Positions 51,018-59,722 of a stretch of DNA of 64,000 bases are shown piece after piece. Source of the DNA: an uncultured Clostridia bacterium. GTDB taxonomy: Bacteria > Bacillota > Clostridia > Oscillospirales > CAG-272. The DNA lies in NCBI GenBank assembly GCA_947631245.1, contig CANRKP010000004.1:6147-70146 (forward strand). The letters are read 5' to 3'. The first letter of the stretch is position 1. Each line of letters begins with the position of its first letter. The notes beneath the pieces are model-generated. The model saw only the letters and a program-made list of their open reading frames with translations, searched no databases and was not told the DNA's origin. The position numbers and the translations under genes were made by a program.

Positions 51018-51731
51018 ATGATTTTTAATAACCCGGAGTATATTACAATAGTAGTTCTTTCGGCAATAGCCGTTGCATTAATTCTTTATTTAATTTTTCG
51101 TTCTCCCTTTGATTATCCTTATTTTGTACATCAATTCGATATTTCAGGAAAAAGAAATCCATGTATCGAGGATTGGATAGACGAGTTTATAATTGATGGA
51201 AACTTCTATTTAATTCAACTACACAATGAAAAGATAAAAAGATGGAAAAATGATTGTGAAAGAAAAATAGATAAAAGTATATTGAAAAATTATCGAAATG
51301 ATCAGTTTCAAAAATGTTTGGACGATAAAAATGCTTTTTGTTTCATGTTTGTTAGGATGCAGACAAGATATCACCAACACAATTACGTTAAAACGCCATA
51401 TAAGGTCTCTCAAGTCGTAAGTGAATATTCTTACGATTATACATATCTTTTGAGCCGTAATAATCTACTGAAGTCAATTGATTATGAGATGCCGCTTCGA
51501 AAGTATTATAGCAAAAATCAAAGAAAATTAATGACAAAGGAACTACGGGAAAAAGTTATTCTCCGTGATAATTACACTTGCAGGATTTGCGGGAAGTATA
51601 TGCCTGACGGGGTGGGATTGCAGATCGATCATATTGTGCCGATCTCAAAAGGGGGAAAAACAGTTTTGTCCAATTTGCAGGTAACGTGCTCAAAATGCAA
51701 CGGTCATAAGAAGGACAAACTTGAATATTAA
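51018..51731 (+). CDS. Membrane-anchored HNH endonuclease
   Basis: N-term TM; RDNYTCRICG, IDHIVPISKGG, NLQVTCSKCN; AAGGAG RBS; markedly AT-rich. Confidence 0.88.
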   Translation: MIFNNPEYITIVVLSAIAVALILYLIFRSPFDYPYFVHQFDISGKRNPCIEDWIDEFIIDGNFYLIQLHNEKIKRWKNDCERKIDKSILKNYRNDQFQKCLDDKNAFCFMFVRMQTRYHQHNYVKTPYKVSQVVSEYSYDYTYLLSRNNLLKSIDYEMPLRKYYSKNQRKLMTKELREKVILRDNYTCRICGKYMPDGVGLQIDHIVPISKGGKTVLSNLQVTCSKCNGHKKDKLEY

Positions 51732-51871
51732 TATGAAAGTTCGATAGTGATTTTACATAATAATCGCGAGTAAATTGTTTTTATGAAGATGAGATTCAAA
51801 ATGATATGGTGCTCGCCTTCTTTAAAATAATAGGAAACACAGATCTACAAATGAAAAACGGAGGTATTTTT

Positions 51872-52282
51872 ATGAATATACTTATAATCGACGCGCAGGG
51901 GGGCGGGGTCGGAAGACAGCTTGTCGCCGCGGCTAAGGAGGCGGCGCCGGGAGCGCGCGTCACCGCAGTCGGCACGAATACATCCGCGACCGCCGCTATG
52001 CTGAAGGCCGGAGCGGACAATGCCGCGACGGGAGAGAACGCGGTCGTTGTCGCCTGCCGAAGCGCCGACGTAATAATGGGCCCGCTCGGCATTGCGATAC
52101 CGGACTCGCTGCTCGGAGAGGTCACCCCCACTATGGCGTCCGCTGTCGGCGGGAGCCGCGCTGTACGCATACTCATTCCGTTCTCGGGCTGCGACAACAT
52201 TGTCGTCGGCGTGGGAGAAGCTTCGACGGGAAAACTCATCGAGCTTGCAAAAGATGAGCTTTTAAAGCTCGTAAGGGCTTGA
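51872..52282 (+). CDS. DUF3842 family protein
   Basis: IIDAQGGGVG, AVGTNTSAT, ATGENA, GEVTP. Confidence 0.8.
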   Translation: MNILIIDAQGGGVGRQLVAAAKEAAPGARVTAVGTNTSATAAMLKAGADNAATGENAVVVACRSADVIMGPLGIAIPDSLLGEVTPTMASAVGGSRAVRILIPFSGCDNIVVGVGEASTGKLIELAKDELLKLVRA

Positions 52283-52307
52283 CAACAGGCGGAATACGAT
52301 GTAAAAT
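52279..52307 (+). promoter_or_regulatory. Sigma-A promoter of ECF S-component
   Basis: TTGACA-17-TAAAAT. Confidence 0.75.
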
Positions 52308-52313
52308 ATAGAA

Positions 52314-52450
52314 AAGCGGCAAGAATGCCGCACGGATTGGCGCAGCAGCGCCGCCGATGTGCAGAAGCACGGTGAAAAAAACAAAAAAAGCACTTATATG
52401 TGCGCCATGAAGGCGCGCACGCGCGGCAAGCGCGGGCGCGCTTTTTGCTT
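52314..52450 (+). promoter_or_regulatory. Structured leader / attenuator with premature terminator
   Basis: Three hairpins, A-rich linker, antiterminator overlapping terminator 52413-52446. Confidence 0.65.
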
Positions 52451-52468
52451 TTAAAGGAGGAAAAAATA

Positions 52469-53032
52469 ATGAAAAGTGTAAAAAAGCTGACTTTTTCTGC
52501 GATGTTTCTTGCGATAGCGTACGTTCTGCCGTATCTTACGGCGAACAATCAGCAGCTTGGGACAATGCTGTGCCCGATGCACATCCCCGTCATGCTCTGC
52601 GGATTTGTGTGCGGGTGGCAGTGGGGTCTTGTCGTAGGTGCTGCGGCGCCTATCCTGCGCTCGCTCATAGCGGGCATGCCGACGTTGTTCCCGTCTGCGA
52701 TAGGAATGGCGTTTGAGCTTGCGACATACGGGCTCGTATCAGGGCTACTTTATAAACTGCTGCCGAAGAAGTTGCCGTACATATATCTCGACCTTATCGT
52801 TGCAATGGTTTCGGGACGCCTCGTCTGGGGCGCGGCAAGGCTCATTATGGCTGGCGTCACGTCCGGCTCGTTCGGATTTGCGGCGTTTTTGTCGGGCGCC
52901 GTCACATCCGTTATCCCCGCGATCGTGATACAGCTTGCGCTCGTGCCGCCCGTCATATACGCGCTGACGCGCGCGGGTCTTGTGCTGAACACAGATTCCC
53001 GCGAGATAAAAAAAGAGCCTGCGAGCGCATAA
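52469..53032 (+). CDS. ECF transporter S component
   Basis: KKLTFSAMFLA, PMHIPV, ~6 TMs; AAGGAGG RBS. Confidence 0.85.
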   Translation: MKSVKKLTFSAMFLAIAYVLPYLTANNQQLGTMLCPMHIPVMLCGFVCGWQWGLVVGAAAPILRSLIAGMPTLFPSAIGMAFELATYGLVSGLLYKLLPKKLPYIYLDLIVAMVSGRLVWGAARLIMAGVTSGSFGFAAFLSGAVTSVIPAIVIQLALVPPVIYALTRAGLVLNTDSREIKKEPASA

Positions 53033-53096
53033 ATTTGCCCCGGACCCAAAACAATAATGCCGCCGCACAAATCCAAGGGAAGATTTGTGCGGCGGT

Positions 53097-53996
53097 TTAA
53101 AATTCGTTCATGTGTTCGCCGAAGAAACGGGCGTATGTCCGCATGCCGCCAAGCTCAGACCACTTTTTGGCGCAGATATGCTCCGCGTCGAGATCGTAGA
53201 CGAGCGCGCCGTTTATGGCGGCGAAAAAAGGCGAATGCGTCGCTATGACGAACTGGCAGTCAAAGCCCCTCGCGGAGCTTTCGATATAACGCGAAAGATC
53301 GAGCTGCCGCATCGGCGAGAGGCTGTTCTCCGGCTCGTCTATGAGATACAGGGCGGGGGACGATGTTCTGTCGATGAAATACCGGAACGCCTCCTGCCCG
53401 TTTGAATTGCCGCGCGCCTCAAGCCCGCCGAGCTCTCCCGCAATAAATCGGGAGGGCGTTTTTCTGTTTGCGGCGTTTTTCCTTCTGAACCGGGCCTCGT
53501 CCTCACTTGAAAGCGAGCGGAGTGTGACGTTTTGCTCACGGTAACGCAGCGCGAAGTATTCTTCCGAAAGCTCGTCTCTCCGTTTGCCTATGCCGTCATT
53601 TTTCCGGCGGCGGGACAAAAGCGCGTCAAAAACATCGTCGCTCGTGATAACGGCGGAGCCCGAGGGCAGCTTTTTCCCGTAAGTGAGATTTGCGCCGCAC
53701 ATCGAAATGTAAGAGGCGAAGTGATGTGTTTTGTTGAACTCCGAGACGCGCTCGAGCCCGAGCGCCTCGGCTATCACGTTCAAAAGCGTCGATTTGCCTG
53801 AACCGTTGCTCCCGCATAAAACGGTTATGTTTGAAAAGCGCAGCTTTCCCGTCACCCGCGCCCCGAAAATGCCGAAGGGATATACGTTGTCGGGGTCGTA
53901 GTCCGTCATATTCATGTGCGGGTTGCCGGTGTCAAGAATGTATCCAGCCTCGTCCTCTTCCGTCGGAAGGGTGAGACTGTCGAGGTATTGAAGCAT
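53097..53996 (-). CDS. Soluble ABC/AAA-type ATPase (predicted ATPase)
   Basis: GSNGSGKS, SNGQ signature, LIDEPENSLS, ATHSP. Confidence 0.85.
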   Translation of the reverse strand: MLQYLDSLTLPTEEDEAGYILDTGNPHMNMTDYDPDNVYPFGIFGARVTGKLRFSNITVLCGSNGSGKSTLLNVIAEALGLERVSEFNKTHHFASYISMCGANLTYGKKLPSGSAVITSDDVFDALLSRRRKNDGIGKRRDELSEEYFALRYREQNVTLRSLSSEDEARFRRKNAANRKTPSRFIAGELGGLEARGNSNGQEAFRYFIDRTSSPALYLIDEPENSLSPMRQLDLSRYIESSARGFDCQFVIATHSPFFAAINGALVYDLDAEHICAKKWSELGGMRTYARFFGEHMNEF

Positions 53997-54005
53997 ACCG
54001 TGTCC

Positions 54006-54815
54006 TTACGAGCGGCGGGGGAGCCTTCCGATGACGCGGCCTCGGCATATGACGGAGGCAAAGCCGTCAAGCGGGATATCGTCGTATTTCGGATTAAGGG
54101 AAATGAGGCGGTCGCCGCCGAAGCGCTTGAAGTAGCCCTCCTGCGTCTCCCCGTCGGAGCAGACGAATATCCCGAGCTCGCCTTCCTCGACGGACGTCTG
54201 CTCATGCACGAGGATGATATCCCCGTCGATATAGCGCGGTTCCATACTGTCGCCGCTGACGCGGAGAGCAAAGTCCGCGCCTTTTGCCTCTCCGCCCGAA
54301 GTTATCGTTATGAAATCTGAGCTGCTGCCGTCGAGCAGCGCGCCGCGACCGGCGGAAGCGGGGAGGTCGTAGAGCGGAATAGACAGCGTTTCGGACGATG
54401 GATCTCTTCTTGTGAGCCTGTCCGCGGAGAAAGAATATCTGCCGGATGTGAGAATTTTTGAGTTGGCGGGGACGTTCAAAGGCGCGGCATCGGAAACGCG
54501 CTCGTATTCCATGTCGAGCACGGCGCGGACGAGCTTTTTTCCGTGCACGTCGAGACTGCGGAGCCTGTAAAGATGGGAAGCCTCCTCGCGGCTCGGACGG
54601 ACGCCGCCGTCCTCTCCGAAGGCGATGTAGTCGAGGGAAATATCGAATACGTCAGCAAACGCCGTCAGCGTTGAGAGCTTCGGGTCGTCGGAGACGCCGG
54701 AAAGTATTTTGTTAAGTGTGCCGAGCGGTATGCCTGCGGCGGCGGACAGCTCCTCGTTAGTCATGCCGGAAGCGCGTTTTTTCTGCTTTATCCTTGTGAG
54801 CCACGTTTCGTTCAT
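54006..54815 (-). CDS. XRE-family HTH repressor with S24 peptidase (CI/LexA-like)
   Basis: N-term HTH; ASAG cleavage site, GDSMEP Ser, YFKR Lys. Confidence 0.9.
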   Translation of the reverse strand: MNETWLTRIKQKKRASGMTNEELSAAAGIPLGTLNKILSGVSDDPKLSTLTAFADVFDISLDYIAFGEDGGVRPSREEASHLYRLRSLDVHGKKLVRAVLDMEYERVSDAAPLNVPANSKILTSGRYSFSADRLTRRDPSSETLSIPLYDLPASAGRGALLDGSSSDFITITSGGEAKGADFALRVSGDSMEPRYIDGDIILVHEQTSVEEGELGIFVCSDGETQEGYFKRFGGDRLISLNPKYDDIPLDGFASVICRGRVIGRLPRRS

Positions 54816-54867
54816 TTCGGTATCGTGACGCTCCTTATAATATGAATATGATTGCGTTTACGATTAC

Positions 54868-54896
54868 ATTATATCACAGCGTCAGCACAATGTAAA
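54868..54896 (-). promoter_or_regulatory. Promoter of repressor-ATPase operon
   Basis: Minus strand TTTACA-17-TATAAT with TG. Confidence 0.8.
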
Positions 54897-54939
54897 CCCT
54901 TTTTCGGAAAAATAATTTCGAAAAAATTATAAAAATCGG

Positions 54940-54968
54940 TTGACAAATACCGAAAACGGTGATATGAT
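54940..54968 (+). promoter_or_regulatory. Divergent promoter containing operator ACCG-AAAA-CGGT (54949-54960)
   Basis: TTGACA-17-TATGAT with TG; palindrome in spacer. Confidence 0.8.
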
Positions 54969-54981
54969 AAAGAAAAGCAAA

Positions 54982-54993
54982 ACCAAAAACGGT
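54982..54993. promoter_or_regulatory. Second operator copy ACCA-AAAA-CGGT
   Basis: 11/12 identical to 54949-54960, 33 bp downstream. Confidence 0.65.
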
Positions 54994-55009
54994 AAAAAAA
55001 GAGGTCGCA

Positions 55010-55330
55010 ATGAATAACACGGGAAGTTTAAACGGCATGAGAGGATATAGCTCGTCGGGATACGGCAGCGCGAGGACACTCGGATACAACAGAGGGAGAA
55101 GGACTGAGGCAAAGAAAGCTCCGGCTTGGCTTGTCGCCGTCTGCCGCTTTATCCTCCGACTTACAAGTGAAGAAACGATGGAGACGGTCCGTCCCGCGTT
55201 TGCGATAGCGGCGGTCACGGCTGTTGCCGTTATTGCCGGCGCCATTGGGAACGGCTCGATACCGCTTTTGCAGGGCGGTATCATCTGCGGCTGCCTTTCT
55301 GCTTTGGCGCTTGCCGCCGCTAGAGACTGA
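55010..55330 (+). CDS. Small membrane protein (two C-terminal hydrophobic segments)
   Basis: GAGG RBS, own promoter, hydrophobic C-terminus. Confidence 0.65.
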   Translation: MNNTGSLNGMRGYSSSGYGSARTLGYNRGRRTEAKKAPAWLVAVCRFILRLTSEETMETVRPAFAIAAVTAVAVIAGAIGNGSIPLLQGGIICGCLSALALAAARD

Positions 55331-55398
55331 AACGGGCGATAAAAATCGTTGCGTTTTTTATAAAATAATGTTTTTTGTGCGATATGAACACAATGGCG

Positions 55399-55427
55399 TT
55401 GACAAGACGAAAATAATGTGGTAGAAT
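55399..55427 (+). promoter_or_regulatory. Sigma-A promoter
   Basis: TTGACA-17-TAGAAT with TG. Confidence 0.75.
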
Positions 55428-55468
55428 GTAAATAATGAGACTACCATATTATTCGGAGGAAAATTACT

Positions 55469-56812
55469 ATGGTAAAAAGAATACTCGCTTTTCTTATCGT
55501 CGCCGTTATGATCACATCGCTCATAGCATGCGATAATTCGAAAAAGCCCGGTCCCGGAGGCAACACGCCCGGCAACGAGTCGACAGACGGCACGTCCGAC
55601 GAGACGAAAGCTCCCGAGACATCAAAGAAGGATGAAGAGACAAAGGCTCCCGACAAGGTGTATCAGCCGAATGCCGACTGCAAATTCATCGGCAAGGTAG
55701 GCGTCGGCGCCGTCGGCGGCACGGTCTATTTTGATGACATCAAGGTCAATGACCGCGGTCCGTCCAACATGGAGCTTATTCCGACGAACGGATTTGAAGG
55801 CGAGCCTGAAGTGCCTGCATTTACGGGTCTTGCATCTGCAGACGCCGTGACGCCCGAGATAGTTGCAGACCCGCTGAAGCCCGAGAATAACAAAGCTCTC
55901 TCGGTTTCCGACGGCACGGTACTTATCACAGGTGACAAGATTTGGAACTACTATCAGTACGGCATGAAGGTCCTTCTCGCCGATGAGAATGCTCAGGCCG
56001 ATATCTACTTCGCAGTGACCGACGATAAGAACTACTTTGTTCTTTCTCTCGGCGAGCAGGGCAACACGAAGGCTACCTGCTACAAGGTGACCGACGGCAA
56101 GAAGGAGAACGCGCAGTTCACCGTTCCGCTTACGCTCGACCTTGAGAAATGGACAACTATCGGCGTCAACATCAACGTTGACACGATAACGATCTTCGTT
56201 TCCGGCAGCACGATACTCGATCTCTACAACCCCGAGATGGTCAATGATTACTATGACTACAACGGGACCGTTATCCCGGCGTCCATAGCACAGGCGGGTC
56301 TCGGCGCACCGGCAGAGAACGCACAGTTCTATGAAGTGAAGCCCGAACAGGTCATCCACGACGGTAAGGGCACATGGGGCGACAATGGCGCCAACGTTGC
56401 AACGAACGCTTTCGATATGGACAGAACGACGTTCTACGACTGCGATGAAAAACTCGATACGCCTCTTGACACTAAGGTGAACAGCGTCAATGTCGGCATC
56501 CCCGGTGACGGCAAGTTTGCGACCGGCTACGTCGGAGTCAAGTTCGACGCTCCCACAAAGGTTTCGCATTTCCGTTACTGCGCTCGTTCCGCTAACCTTG
56601 ACCGTATGGCAGGCGGTATACTCCAGGGCTCCAATGACGGCGAGAACTGGACCGACCTCTACACGATCCCTTCAGACGCGGTCTGCGTTGCCGACAAGTT
56701 CTACACTGTCGCCCTCGAAGAGGAAGCAGAGTTCACTTACTACCGTTATGTCGGCGCTACCGAAAAGTACTGCAACATTAGCGAGCTTGAGCTTTGGTAT
56801 GCTGCGAAATAA
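55469..56812 (+). CDS. Lipoprotein with lectin-like beta-sandwich and C-terminal discoidin (F5/8, CBM32-like) domain
   Basis: Lipobox LIAC; linker; NAFD, LQGSNDGENWT, YYRY, ISELE. Confidence 0.7.
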   Translation: MVKRILAFLIVAVMITSLIACDNSKKPGPGGNTPGNESTDGTSDETKAPETSKKDEETKAPDKVYQPNADCKFIGKVGVGAVGGTVYFDDIKVNDRGPSNMELIPTNGFEGEPEVPAFTGLASADAVTPEIVADPLKPENNKALSVSDGTVLITGDKIWNYYQYGMKVLLADENAQADIYFAVTDDKNYFVLSLGEQGNTKATCYKVTDGKKENAQFTVPLTLDLEKWTTIGVNINVDTITIFVSGSTILDLYNPEMVNDYYDYNGTVIPASIAQAGLGAPAENAQFYEVKPEQVIHDGKGTWGDNGANVATNAFDMDRTTFYDCDEKLDTPLDTKVNSVNVGIPGDGKFATGYVGVKFDAPTKVSHFRYCARSANLDRMAGGILQGSNDGENWTDLYTIPSDAVCVADKFYTVALEEEAEFTYYRYVGATEKYCNISELELWYAAK

Positions 56813-56851
56813 TCGGACAGCTTTTTCCGGTAAGTCATATATAAAATCTTC

Positions 56852-56924
56852 ACGCCGGCGGGAAATACCCGCCGGCGTACTTTTTGCAGTCGAAAAAGAC
56901 CCGCACCGCCGTGAGGCGGTGCGG
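56852..56924. terminator. Tandem hairpins / terminators between convergent genes
   Basis: acgccggcggg/cccgccggcgt + ttttt; ccgcaccgcc-gtga-ggcggtgcgg. Confidence 0.75.
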
Positions 56925-56948
56925 GGAAGCGTTTGAAATGCGTTTATC

Positions 56949-57033
56949 TGCGCCTGCGCGGTTCGCTGCTGGATACGAGAGCTCGGAACTGACCGTCTCG
57001 GATATGTGTTCACATGCGCCTGCGCGGTTCGCT
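56949..57033. repeat. 19-bp direct repeat x2
   Basis: tgcgcctgcgcggttcgct at 56949-56967 and 57015-57033. Confidence 0.8.
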
Positions 57034-57124
57034 TTGGTTTGCGGTGCGTATAAGTGTTGCAAGACCTTTTTGCGGTTTGCACATGGACATTCACACCGGT
57101 TTGCCGTACTTTTTCGGTCGGATC

Positions 57125-57877
57125 TTATCCTGCGGCGTCAGTCCCGGGCGTCGATGGCTTTGTATTTGACAGGTACTCGGATTTGATATATGCTACAGCA
57201 CCGTTGTATGTGACCTGATACCATCCGTTGTCGGTCTCGCCCGTGACGGTCACCTCTGTTCCCATCTGTATCAGCTCGATGCTCTTGGAATTTGTTGTGT
57301 AGCTCTCACGGACGTTGACGTTGGACGTCGCATACATCGTCTTTGCGGCTGTGTATGTCGTTATCGATACCTTTGTTTTTTCCGCGTCATCGGTAAGAAG
57401 GTCTGAGCGGATATATGCGGTATGGCTGTTGAATTTGACCTGATACCAGCCGTTGTCTGTCTCGCCTGTCACTGTGACCTCTTCGCTTTTGTAGAACATC
57501 CCGAGAATCACGCTCGTCGTCGAATAGCTCTCGCGTGCGTTCACGTTTGAGGTGGCGTACATTTTTCTCGGAGTGTCATATACTGTCACGTTGACGGGAG
57601 GCTCTGTCACGGGCGGCTGCGTAACGGGCGGCGAAGTCGTCTCCGGCGTACCCGTGTCGCCGGTTTCGGGCGCTTTTCCAGTAGTCTCGGGCGGCTCCGT
57701 GTTTTTAGGCGGCTCCGTTTTTTCGTCCGTCTGCTCGACGGTGTTATTTTTTCCGTCTCCCGTGTCGGGTTCGCGCGTGAGCTGAAGTATCAATGCTATC
57801 GAGCCTGCGATAAGCGCGACGGAAAGGATGATGATAAGGGTGTAGATCACGGTTCGTTCAACGTTCGGACGGTCCAT
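57125..57877 (-). CDS. Membrane-anchored protein with two bacterial SH3 domains
   Basis: N-term TM, PT-rich linker, 2 x MYATSNVNxRESY..VTVTGETDNGWYQV. Confidence 0.85.
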   Translation of the reverse strand: MDRPNVERTVIYTLIIILSVALIAGSIALILQLTREPDTGDGKNNTVEQTDEKTEPPKNTEPPETTGKAPETGDTGTPETTSPPVTQPPVTEPPVNVTVYDTPRKMYATSNVNARESYSTTSVILGMFYKSEEVTVTGETDNGWYQVKFNSHTAYIRSDLLTDDAEKTKVSITTYTAAKTMYATSNVNVRESYTTNSKSIELIQMGTEVTVTGETDNGWYQVTYNGAVAYIKSEYLSNTKPSTPGTDAAG

Positions 57878-57937
57878 ACGGTTCTCCTTTATCTTTAGTT
57901 CTTTATATTGATTATTGCCTCAAAAAATTTCGGAATT

Positions 57938-58756
57938 TCAGCTCTGACCGAAAACGGCTGCGTCAGCCTCGGCGAGCGACGGAAAGATCAGATCGGGGCG
58001 GCACTCCGGATCGGCGGTCAAAACGTCCTCCTTTGTCGTCTCGCCCGTCAGGACAAGGCAGGAGAGGATCCCGCTCTTTTTTCCGAGAGCGATATCGGTA
58101 TAAAGCCTGTCGCCGAACACACAGCATTCGTCGGGCATAAGCCGTGTTACCTCAAGTATCATGTCGACCGTTTCCGCGCCGGGCTTTCCGAAAAATCTCG
58201 GGACAACTCCGGTTGCCGCGGTGAGCGCCGCCGCAATTGCGCCGCTGTCGGGGATAAAGCCGTCCTCGGTCGGGCATACGCGGTCGGGATGAGTGCAGAT
58301 ATACTCGGCGCCGAGGCGTATCAGTCTTGCCGCGTGCGTCAGCCTTTCGTATGTAAGCTCGGTGTCGAAGCTCGAAACGACGATGTCGGCGCGCTCGCCG
58401 TCCGTAATATTGTCGTCGGTCAAAAGGCGGATACCTCTTGCACGCCAGTCGCGGCGGAGCTCGCCCGTGCCGAGCAGATATACGGATGCGCCGGGTCTGT
58501 GGCGGATAATGAATTCAGCCGTAACGTCGCCTGCTGTCATTATCTCCTCGCGCCTCGGCTCAAAGCCGAGAGCCGACAGCTTCGTGAAATAGAACTGAGA
58601 GCTGTGCGAGGCGTTATTTGTAAAGAAGAGCACACGTCTGCCCGAGCGGCGAAGCCTGTCTATGAACCTTACGGCGAAGTCAAACGCTTTGCCGCCGATA
58701 TAAACAGTCCCGTCAAGGTCAAAGATAAAAAGTTTTTTCGCTTCGAGGTTGCCCAT
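57938..58756 (-). CDS. HAD-IIA (NagD-like) phosphatase
   Basis: FDLDGT, TNNA, GKP, GDRLYTDI. Confidence 0.92.
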   Translation of the reverse strand: MGNLEAKKLFIFDLDGTVYIGGKAFDFAVRFIDRLRRSGRRVLFFTNNASHSSQFYFTKLSALGFEPRREEIMTAGDVTAEFIIRHRPGASVYLLGTGELRRDWRARGIRLLTDDNITDGERADIVVSSFDTELTYERLTHAARLIRLGAEYICTHPDRVCPTEDGFIPDSGAIAAALTAATGVVPRFFGKPGAETVDMILEVTRLMPDECCVFGDRLYTDIALGKKSGILSCLVLTGETTKEDVLTADPECRPDLIFPSLAEADAAVFGQS

Positions 58757-58870
58757 GCAGACGCTTTTGCCTCACTTCTTTCTGAATATGATATAAGTAT
58801 ACCACCGTCTTGCATTTTTTTCAACTGTATGTTATCATAAAGAAGACCTTTTTGGCTGCAGGGAGATAAC

Positions 58871-59722
58871 ATGAGAGCAATTATAGGAATCGACGTCGGC
58901 GGCAGCACAACGAAAATCGTGGGCTTTCGCGATGCCGAGAACATGAACGAAGAAACAATAATCAGGCCGCTGTTCGTCCGCGCGACGGACCCTTTGACCT
59001 CGCTTTACGGCGCTTTCGGCAAATTCACGGACGAGAACGGACTTACGCTTTCGGACATAGAATGCGTCATGGTGACGGGGGTCGGCTCGTCCTTTCTTGA
59101 GAAGCCGATATATTCGCTGCCATGCATGCATTCGGGCGAGTTCGAATGCATAGGTCTCGGCGGACTTTATCTTTCCGGTCTTGAACGCGCCGTCGTCGCA
59201 AGCCTCGGTACGGGAACTGCGCTCGTATATTCCGAACGCGGACGCGCGCCGCAGTATCTAGGCGGCACGGGAGTTGGCGGCGGCACGCTGCTCGGTCTTT
59301 CGAAAAAGCTGCTCGGGACCGACAGCATCGAGGACATAGAGGCGCTCGCAAAAGAGGGAAACATAGAGAACATAGACCTTTTCGTCGGAGATATGACGAG
59401 AAAAGACCTTGCCGGAGTGTCGTCAAGACTGACGGCGTCAAATTTCGGCAAGCTCAGCAGCTTTGCGACGAACGGCGATATCGCGCTCGGTCTTTTCAAT
59501 ATGGTATATGAAACCGTTGCGATGATGGCGATATTCGCGTCGCGCAGCTTCGGCGTTTCCGATATCGTGCTAACCGGCAACCTCACAAAGGCTGCCCCCG
59601 CGCGCTCAATATTCAAGGCGCTGTCGGATTATTTCGACATAAACTTCATGATACCCGAGCATTCGCGCTTCGCGACCGTCATAGGCGCGGCGCTCTCGTA
59701 TAAGGATGCCTGCCGTGGCTGA
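58871..59722 (+). CDS. Type II pantothenate kinase (CoaW-like)
   Basis: GIDVGGSTTK, TGVG, EF, GTGT, GGTGVGGGT, ASNFG. Confidence 0.82.
   Translation: MRAIIGIDVGGSTTKIVGFRDAENMNEETIIRPLFVRATDPLTSLYGAFGKFTDENGLTLSDIECVMVTGVGSSFLEKPIYSLPCMHSGEFECIGLGGLYLSGLERAVVASLGTGTALVYSERGRAPQYLGGTGVGGGTLLGLSKKLLGTDSIEDIEALAKEGNIENIDLFVGDMTRKDLAGVSSRLTASNFGKLSSFATNGDIALGLFNMVYETVAMMAIFASRSFGVSDIVLTGNLTKAAPARSIFKALSDYFDINFMIPEHSRFATVIGAALSYKDACRG

Noticed and set aside
56949-57033. CRISPR array
   Set aside because: Only two 19-bp repeats and no cas genes.
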